From Peptococcaceae bacterium (GTDB taxonomy: Bacteria > Bacillota > Peptococcia > DRI-13 > UBA5745), in assembly GCA_031264885.1 (NCBI GenBank), contig JAISDM010000081.1, positions 1-37,603 of the forward strand: a stretch of DNA of 37,603 nucleotides, in the 5' to 3' direction. Numbering within the stretch: position 1 is the first letter of the stretch; every line of letters starts with the position of its first letter. This document shows, one piece after another, positions 31,893 to 37,603 of this stretch. The position numbers were made by a program, and so were the translations under genes. The notes under the pieces were generated by a model that was given only the letters and a program-made list of their open reading frames with translations, was not told the DNA's origin and searched no databases.

Positions 31893-33140
31893 ATGGATAT
31901 CAATTTTGTCGAGGCGCTGAAAGGACTGGCCTTGAGCACCGGATTTGCCATGATCACATGGCAGCAGCTGGTGATGCTGGGGATTTCTTTTATATTGCTG
32001 TACTTGGCGCTCGTGAAACAGTTTGAGCCCCTTCTGCTTTTGCCCATTGCTTTCGGGATGCTGTTGGTGAATCTGCCCATGGCCATGGGCAGCGGTCTGA
32101 TGGATGGGCCCGTGAGCACCCTGCGGATGATGAACAGTCCTTTGGAACTGGCCAACGGAGAGCATCTGTTTGAGTTGACGGACGGGCTGAATTCCCTGTA
32201 TTTAGGGTTAAAAACCCAGGTCGGGGGGCTGTTCTATTATCTGTACCAAGGGGTCAAGCTGGGCATCTATCCGCCTTTGATCTTCATGGGCGTGGGCGCC
32301 ATGACGGATTTCGGGCCGCTGATCGCGAATCCAAAGACATTCCTGCTGGGCGCGGCGGCGCAATTGGGCATTTTTTTCGTATTCATCGTGGCGCTGCTCT
32401 TGGACTTTGACGTGAGGGAAGCGGCTTCCACCGCCATCATCGGAGGGGCGGACGGCCCTACGGCGCTCTACCTGACGGCCAAACTGGCGCCGCATCTTCT
32501 GGGGCCCATCGCCATCGCGGCTTATTCCTATATGGCCCTGGTGCCCATCATCCAGCCGCCCATCATGCGGCTTCTGACCACTAAGGAAATGCGCATGGTG
32601 CAGATGGATCAGATGCGTGAGGTCAGCAAAACGGAAAAGATCATCTTCCCCATCGCGGTAACCGTCATCGTGGTGCTGCTGCTGCCGGACGCCGCGCCTT
32701 TGATCGGGATGCTGATGCTGGGCAATCTGTTCAGGGAATCCGGGGTGGTCGCCCGTTTGTCGGACACGGTCCAAAACGCGCTGATCAATATTATAACCAT
32801 CTTCCTGGGTGTGACTGTGGGCGCCACAGCTTCGGCGGAAACATTTCTGGATCCGAAGACGCTGAAAATCATCATCATGGGTTTGGTGGCCTTCGGCGTA
32901 GGCACGGCCGGGGGCGTTCTGCTGGGCGTGGCGATGTATTACGCCACAGGCAAAAAGGTCAATCCCTTGATCGGATCCGCGGGTGTGTCGGCGGTTCCTA
33001 TGGCGGCGCGGGTTTCGCAGATCGTGGGACAGAAAGACAATCCGAAGAACTTTCTTCTGATGCACGCCATGGGGCCCAATGTAGCCGGGGTGATCGGATC
33101 GGCGGTGGCGGCCGGCGTTTTGTTGAATTTGTTTAAATAA
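31893..33140 (+). CDS. mmdB: Na+-translocating decarboxylase beta subunit (OadB/MmdB/GcdB family)
   Basis: 415 aa, polytopic. Family motifs: GAMTDFGPLIANP, IIGGADGPTA and GSAGVSAVPMAARV. Confidence 0.85.
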   Translation: MDINFVEALKGLALSTGFAMITWQQLVMLGISFILLYLALVKQFEPLLLLPIAFGMLLVNLPMAMGSGLMDGPVSTLRMMNSPLELANGEHLFELTDGLNSLYLGLKTQVGGLFYYLYQGVKLGIYPPLIFMGVGAMTDFGPLIANPKTFLLGAAAQLGIFFVFIVALLLDFDVREAASTAIIGGADGPTALYLTAKLAPHLLGPIAIAAYSYMALVPIIQPPIMRLLTTKEMRMVQMDQMREVSKTEKIIFPIAVTVIVVLLLPDAAPLIGMLMLGNLFRESGVVARLSDTVQNALINIITIFLGVTVGATASAETFLDPKTLKIIIMGLVAFGVGTAGGVLLGVAMYYATGKKVNPLIGSAGVSAVPMAARVSQIVGQKDNPKNFLLMHAMGPNVAGVIGSAVAAGVLLNLFK

Positions 33141-33151
33141 GGTGATGCGTC

Positions 33152-35191
33152 TTGGAACTCCAGTATATCAAAGGCATCGGCCCCAAAAGACTGAAGCTGC
33201 TGAACAGGCTGGGTGTTTTTAGTGATACGGATCTGCTGAATTATTTCCCGAGACGTTATGAGGATCGCTCTCAGATCGTACCGCTGGCGTTTTTGACGGA
33301 TGGACAGACGGCTACGGTGAAGGTGTTTGTGAAGGATGTGCGGGAACAGACGCCTAAGAAAGGGATGACTGTCCTCAAAGCCTATGTGGGGGATGAATCC
33401 GGGAACGGAACGGCGGTCTGGTTTAACCAGCCGTTCCTCAAGAAACAGATTCTGCCGGGATCGCAGATGCTTTTGACCGGGAAGGCTCAGTGCCGTTTCG
33501 GTCAAAGGGAGATCGTGGCCGCGGACTATCAGGCGGCGAACGATCCGGACGAGCTCTTGGAGGGCGCCCGGATTATCCCTGTCTATCCCTTGACGGAAGG
33601 CTTGTCGCAGAGGTTCTTCAGGGAAGTCATCCGTCAATTGCTGAGCCGGCCGCGGGATAAGGAAGAAGACCTGTATCCGGAGGAATTTCGGGAGCGATAT
33701 GGGCTGATTCCGCGGGCGGAGGCGGCGCGCTCCATTCACTTTCCGGAAGATGAGGACAGTTTCCATAAAGCCCGGAAGCGGCTGGTTTTTGACGAACTTT
33801 TTTTGGTTCAGCTGGCCTTGATCATTTCCAGAAATCAGATGAAGCGGGAGGACGGAGGCGTCGCCCATACCCGGAACGGCGATTTGGTTCCCAGGTGGCT
33901 TGAGGCCCTCCCCTTCGCTCTGACCGCCGCTCAAAGGCGGGTAATGGAGGAGGTTCGCCGGGATATGGAATCCCTCTCGTCCATGCAAAGATTGGTTCAG
34001 GGGGACGTGGGTTCGGGCAAAACGGCGGTGGCGGCTTTCGCTCTGTTAAAAGCGGTGGAGAATGGCTGCCAGAGCGCGCTGATGGCGCCTACGGAAATAT
34101 TGGCCAGGCAGCATTTCGAGACGTTGTTCAAGTGGTTCGCGCCTTTGGGCGTCCGGATCGGGCTTTTGACGGGCGCCTTGAGTTCGGGCGGCAAGAAGGC
34201 TGAGATGGAAAGCGTCTCTTCCGGGGAGACTCAGGTGGTGGTGGGAACGCACGCTTTGTTCCAGGAGAACATTCGCTTCCGCCATTTAACCTTGCTGGTC
34301 ATTGATGAGCAGCACCGGTTTGGCGTGAAACAGCGGGCGTTGATGGAAGAAAAAGGGTTTACCGCGGATGTGCTGGTGATGTCGGCTACGCCCATACCGA
34401 GGACGCTGGCGCTTACTTTGTATGGGGATTTGGATATATCTTCGCTGGACGAGCTTCCTCCGGGGCGCAAGCCTGTGGAGACCTTCTGCGTTTTGGAACG
34501 CGCCAGGGGCAAGCTGCAGCGTTTTATCGGGGAATGCTTAGGCAAGGGGCGCCAGGTCTATGTCGTGTGTCCTTTGATCGAGGAATCGGAGACTCTGGAT
34601 CTCAAGAACGCGAAGGAGGTTCGGGAGAGTTACGCGCGGATTTTTTCCGGATATTCCGTCGGTCTCCTCCATGGCCGGATGAAGCCGGCGGAGAAGGCTG
34701 AGGTCATGGAGGGCTTTGTTCAGGGGCGCATCCATGTGCTGGTGACCACCACGGTCATTGAGGTGGGTGTGAATGTGCCTCAGGCGACGGTTATGGTGGT
34801 CGAGAGCGCCGAGCGATTCGGACTGGCTCAGCTGCATCAGTTGAGGGGCCGGGTGGGCAGGGGCGAAGATCAGTCCCACTGTATCTTGGTGACGGAAACA
34901 AAGAATCCGGTGGCCTTAAAGCGGATGAAGCTGATGACTCAAACCAACGACGGCTTTAAACTGGCCGAGGAGGATATGGTGCTGCGCGGGCCGGGCGAGT
35001 TCTTCGGATCCAGGCAGCACGGTCTGCCGGATTTCAAACTGGCCAAGATGCCGGAAGACGCGCCTTTATTGGAGAGCGCCCGGCAGGCCGCGGTTCAGTT
35101 GCTGGAGGAGGATCCGTTATTGCGTTCGGCGGAGCACCGGCGGATTGGCCGGGAGGTGGGCAGTTTGATGGACGCTATGGTAACCATTTGA
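33152..35191 (+). CDS. recG: ATP-dependent DNA helicase RecG
   Basis: The N-terminus is IKGIGPKRLKLLNRLGV...YFPRRYEDRS (wedge domain). Helicase motifs: GDVGSGKT, DEQHRFGV, SATPIPRT and QLRGRVGRG. TTG start at 33152. Confidence 0.9.
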   Translation: MELQYIKGIGPKRLKLLNRLGVFSDTDLLNYFPRRYEDRSQIVPLAFLTDGQTATVKVFVKDVREQTPKKGMTVLKAYVGDESGNGTAVWFNQPFLKKQILPGSQMLLTGKAQCRFGQREIVAADYQAANDPDELLEGARIIPVYPLTEGLSQRFFREVIRQLLSRPRDKEEDLYPEEFRERYGLIPRAEAARSIHFPEDEDSFHKARKRLVFDELFLVQLALIISRNQMKREDGGVAHTRNGDLVPRWLEALPFALTAAQRRVMEEVRRDMESLSSMQRLVQGDVGSGKTAVAAFALLKAVENGCQSALMAPTEILARQHFETLFKWFAPLGVRIGLLTGALSSGGKKAEMESVSSGETQVVVGTHALFQENIRFRHLTLLVIDEQHRFGVKQRALMEEKGFTADVLVMSATPIPRTLALTLYGDLDISSLDELPPGRKPVETFCVLERARGKLQRFIGECLGKGRQVYVVCPLIEESETLDLKNAKEVRESYARIFSGYSVGLLHGRMKPAEKAEVMEGFVQGRIHVLVTTTVIEVGVNVPQATVMVVESAERFGLAQLHQLRGRVGRGEDQSHCILVTETKNPVALKRMKLMTQTNDGFKLAEEDMVLRGPGEFFGSRQHGLPDFKLAKMPEDAPLLESARQAAVQLLEEDPLLRSAEHRRIGREVGSLMDAMVTI

Positions 35192-36149
35192 GGTGTTCCG
35201 GATTCACGCCGGAATGCAGGGCGGTTGTTATGGCGCCGGATATAATATGGACCAAATTGCCGATTTGTTCGTCCACATCCTTGGGGGTGACGGTGAGATG
35301 GCCGTCAAACGGCTCCAGCACCCGGTCGATGATGGTTTTGATGTTTGGCGGCTGCAAGTCGCGGTAAGCCTGAGATGAGGACGAGACTTCCTCTAAGTGC
35401 CCGGTGAGTATTTCCATGGCTTGATGAACGATCACGCCGGCGTGAACCACGGTGGGAACGCCCAGGGCCAGCACGGGGACGCCCATGGTTTGGCGGTCGA
35501 TGGGTTTGCGCCGGCTGCCGACTCCGGAGCCGGGAAAGATGCCTGTGTCCGCCAGTTGTATGGTGGCGCTCAGCCGGCTGAGGCTGCCGGCGGCCAGGGC
35601 GTCCACGCAGATTAAGCAGTCGGGTTTGATTCTGTCGATGAGGCTTTCCAGAATCTCGGCGGTTTCGATGCCGGTGACGCCGGAGACGCCTGGAGCGATG
35701 ACGGAGACCTCCCGCAATCCTTCCCGCATCTCGGGGGCGATTTCAAACAGGCTTCGGGTGGCTGTCAGCCGGTTGGCCGTCATGGGGCCCAGGGCGTCTG
35801 AGATCACATTGGGGTTGCCGATGCCGCAGCACAGAACGGAGGCGGTATCGGGCAAGTCCAGCATGTTTTTTATGGTATCGCTTAAAATGGCAATCAAGGA
35901 GGCGTGGGCTGTGCGGTCTACGGTTCGCAGGGCTTCGGATTCCAGGGTGACATAGGTTCCCCGGGGCTTGCCCATAGCGGATTCGCCCCGCTCGTCGAGT
36001 ACCCGGATCGTGGAGATGACGCCGTGTTCGAATGTGGTTTTTTCCAGGGATACGCCGGGAATTTCCCCTTCTCCGGACAAAATCTCGTGGACCTCCAGGG
36101 CCAGATCCAGCGGAACGCCCATGAGCTGATACAGCGGGTATGGGTTCAT
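35175..36149 (-). CDS. gpr: Germination protease (GPR endopeptidase, A25 family)
   Basis: The pattern DLALE...GKPRGTYVTLE...GIGNPNVISDALGP...DALA is typical of GPR. I chose the ATG at 36149 (GGAGGA 7 nt upstream). The ORF-track start at 36275 extends into the intergenic region. Confidence 0.85.
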   Translation of the reverse strand: MNPYPLYQLMGVPLDLALEVHEILSGEGEIPGVSLEKTTFEHGVISTIRVLDERGESAMGKPRGTYVTLESEALRTVDRTAHASLIAILSDTIKNMLDLPDTASVLCCGIGNPNVISDALGPMTANRLTATRSLFEIAPEMREGLREVSVIAPGVSGVTGIETAEILESLIDRIKPDCLICVDALAAGSLSRLSATIQLADTGIFPGSGVGSRRKPIDRQTMGVPVLALGVPTVVHAGVIVHQAMEILTGHLEEVSSSSQAYRDLQPPNIKTIIDRVLEPFDGHLTVTPKDVDEQIGNLVHIISGAITTALHSGVNPEHLKWLP

Positions 36150-36176
36150 TGTATTTCCTCCTTGCGGTTGTAACCC

Positions 36177-36206
36177 TAGTATGGCTTTTTGGAAAAAAAA
36201 TATGTC
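36177..36206 (-). promoter_or_regulatory. Possible forespore (sigma-G/F-like) promoter for gpr
   Basis: The minus strand reads GACATA, a 17-nt spacer, then CATACTA (36183-36177). CATACTA matches the sigma-G -10 consensus as I recall it. The -35 match is only partial. Confidence 0.35.
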
Positions 36207-36298
36207 GCTGTAGTTTCGCAAAAACGCTCCGCCTAATCGGGCAATATCTCCTCCTTCACCGGGAAACTGCGGCAAACTGAGTTCTGCAAGAAGGGATT

Positions 36299-36862
36299 TT
36301 GACTTTGAGAATTATTGCCGGATCGGCGAAGGGTCGCCGGATCGAATGTTTAAAGGGGCTGGAAACCCGGCCTACGCGGGATCGGGTCCGGGAGGCCGTT
36401 TTCAGCAGCTTGGGCGGGCAGACGGAAGGCGTCCGCGGGCTGGATCTCTTTGCCGGCGCCGGGGCGATGGGCATCGAGGCTTTGAGCAGAGGGGCGGCGG
36501 AAGTGGTCTTTGTGGAGCGGAACCCGGAGGCGGCGGCGCTGATACGGTCGAACCTGCGCCATTGCCGCCTGGAGAAAATGGGCCAGGTACGGGCCGCGGA
36601 TGTTTTTCGTTATTTGGAGGGCTTTCGGCAAAGCGGGCAGAAGGGTTTTGACCTGATTTTTTGCGATCCGCCTTACGGCCGCGAAGATTATGGGACTTTG
36701 ATGGCGCTGGCCGGCCGGGGAAATTTATTGAACCCGGGCGGGATTTTCGTTCTGGAGGGGTTGAAATCTTTGGAGCCGGACGGATACGGGGAGGGTTTGA
36801 CTCTGTTTAAGACGCGTTCTTACGGGAAAACCGGGATTTTTTATTTTAAAAAGGGACCGTGA
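36299..36862 (+). CDS. rsmD: 16S rRNA (guanine966-N2)-methyltransferase RsmD
   Basis: RIIAGSAKGRR, TRPTRDRVREAVFS, the SAM motif DLFAGAGAMGIEALSRGA and the catalytic FCDPPY are present. The TTG at 36305 (giving MRIIAG...) is probably the true start. Confidence 0.85.
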   Translation: MTLRIIAGSAKGRRIECLKGLETRPTRDRVREAVFSSLGGQTEGVRGLDLFAGAGAMGIEALSRGAAEVVFVERNPEAAALIRSNLRHCRLEKMGQVRAADVFRYLEGFRQSGQKGFDLIFCDPPYGREDYGTLMALAGRGNLLNPGGIFVLEGLKSLEPDGYGEGLTLFKTRSYGKTGIFYFKKGP

Positions 36863-36915
36863 AATTTCTGTATTTGATTACCGGCGCTCTCGGTGTTACA
36901 ATAGGAGTGGCTTAT

Positions 36916-36960
36916 CAGAAAACAAGCGTATAAAAGGACGCGTTACGCGCTTGTTTTCTG
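36916..36960. other. 13-bp perfect inverted repeat hairpin (CAGAAAACAAGCG-N19-CGCTTGTTTTCTG), a possible terminator or regulatory element
   Basis: Positions 36916-36928 pair with 36948-36960. No separate U-tract follows, though the 3' arm itself is U-rich. Confidence 0.45.
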
Positions 36961-36999
36961 GTAAACCTTGAAAAGCGGATGAGGTGGGGGAGGTTTCGT

Positions 37000-37455
37000 A
37001 TGGAAATTCTGGATGTGTTGGAGGAATTCGAAAAAATAATTGAAGAAAGCGGACGCATACCCATGACCAGCCGGGTCATTATAAATGAGGACATTTTATA
37101 CAATTTTGTGGATAAATTCAGAGCCATGCTGCCCGGGTCGGTGAGAGAGGCGGAGCGTGTGCTGCGCGAGAAGGAGCGGATACTGGAGGACGCCGAACAG
37201 GAACGGGGCAGCATCATAGAATCCGCCAAGACGAAATTGGAGCGGATCACCGGCGAGAGCGAGATTGTGAAGATGGCCATAACCCAGGGGGAGGGCATCA
37301 TCGAAGAATCCAAGACCAACGCTAAGAAGCTGACTTCAGGCGCGTATACTTACGCGGACGACGTGATGAACGCGCTCCAGGCGGAGCTGGAAAAAATTCT
37401 CCAGACGGTTCGGTCCGGCCGGGATGAAATCCGGAATGTGCTGGATCAGAAATAG
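37000..37455 (+). CDS. Coiled-coil protein of unknown function (ATP-synthase b/H-subunit-like heptad pattern)
   Basis: 151 aa from the ATG at 37000 (GGGGGAGG 6 nt upstream). It is highly charged and helical (EAERVLREKERILEDAEQERGSIIESAKTKLE). I recognised no catalytic motif. Confidence 0.6.
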   Translation: MEILDVLEEFEKIIEESGRIPMTSRVIINEDILYNFVDKFRAMLPGSVREAERVLREKERILEDAEQERGSIIESAKTKLERITGESEIVKMAITQGEGIIEESKTNAKKLTSGAYTYADDVMNALQAELEKILQTVRSGRDEIRNVLDQK

Positions 37456-37522
37456 GGGCGGGGAGCCCGTCTGCTTGACTGGGAACGGAAGCGGCGGATA
37501 AAATAAACAAATCTGGATTTTT

Positions 37523-37589
37523 GGGCGGCAGAATGCCGCCCCTGCGGTACCGTGTATGCTGCGTTTGCAGGGGCGGCATCCTGCCGTCC
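37523..37589. repeat. REP-like inverted pair of the GGGCGGCAGAATGCCGCCCCTGCGG unit
   Basis: The unit lies at 37523-37547 (+), with a degenerate inverted copy at 37565-37589. TTGACAGA follows, as at the 27.2-kb locus. Confidence 0.8.
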
Positions 37590-37603
37590 GTCCTTGACAG
37601 ATA

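Noticed and set aside
29667-33988. Long antisense ORFs 29667..30776, 31104..32165, 31505..32155, 32208..33065 and 32939..33988
   Set aside because: All lie opposite the strongly supported mmdA, mmdD, mmdC, mmdB and recG genes. They are Arg/Pro/His-rich with no recognisable domains.
36150-36275. 42-codon N-terminal extension of gpr
   Set aside because: The extension covers the divergent promoter region. The ATG at 36149 has GGAGGA 7 nt upstream and gives the conserved GPR N-terminus.
27060-37589. Reading the GGGCGGCAGAATGCCGCC repeats as a CRISPR array
   Set aside because: The copies are scattered over 10 kb in three intergenic loci. They occur in both orientations, have irregular spacing and have no unique spacers of uniform length. 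No cas genes are present.
1-37603. Mobile elements, prophage genes, tRNA or rRNA genes
   Set aside because: I recognised no transposase, integrase, recombinase, phage structural motifs, tRNA cloverleaf-like intergenic segments or rRNA-like stretches while reading the window.

Overview
This 37.6-kb chromosomal window looks like a spore-forming, moderately high-GC Clostridia-type Firmicute (inferred from gpr, the Na+-pumping mmd genes and strong GGAGG ribosome-binding sites). I recognised no rRNA, tRNA, CRISPR array, transposase or integrase.

Gene content, left to right:
- A 5'-truncated BspA-type LRR surface protein with a Gly-rich and Pro/Thr/Asn-rich stalk.
- A small AT-rich islet holding a DinJ-like antitoxin, a PIN (VapC) toxin and a DUF4143 AAA ATPase.
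- An eight-gene minus-strand operon (14414->5225). It encodes a NitT/TauT (sulfonate-type) ABC importer, a CysK-type cysteine synthase and a nitrogenase-like set in the order K-like, D-like, NifH-like, NifB-like.
- A divergent ten-gene plus-strand operon (14875->27027). It encodes a PatB/MalY C-S lyase, a cytoplasmic Mo/W-bisPGD oxidoreductase with its 4Fe-4S subunit, a family-5 peptide ABC importer, and M17 and M24 peptidases.
- A Uma2 endonuclease, rpmB, birA, a Na+-translocating methylmalonyl-CoA decarboxylase cluster (mmdA, small ORF, mmdD, mmdC, mmdB), recG, gpr, rsmD and a coiled-coil protein.

The most interesting signal is the nitrogenase-like H/D/K/B module. It sits inside an organosulfur uptake and thiol-capture operon, opposite a C-S lyase / Mo-enzyme / peptide-uptake operon. 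Together they look like an uncharacterised Firmicute organosulfur-salvage island, related in logic to the proteobacterial MarBHDK and IsrBHDK systems. It differs from those in gene order, in NifB domain order and in partner enzymes.

Secondary signals:
- A dispersed REP-like hairpin repeat family at three intergenic loci.
- An intra-operon GGAATGAC repeat spacer.
- A 38-bp perfect palindrome in the toxin-antitoxin control region.
- An unlisted small ORF in the mmd cluster.
- An rpmB terminator that overlaps the predicted birA start.

All calls come from reading the sequence and recalling motifs. No searches or computations were run.
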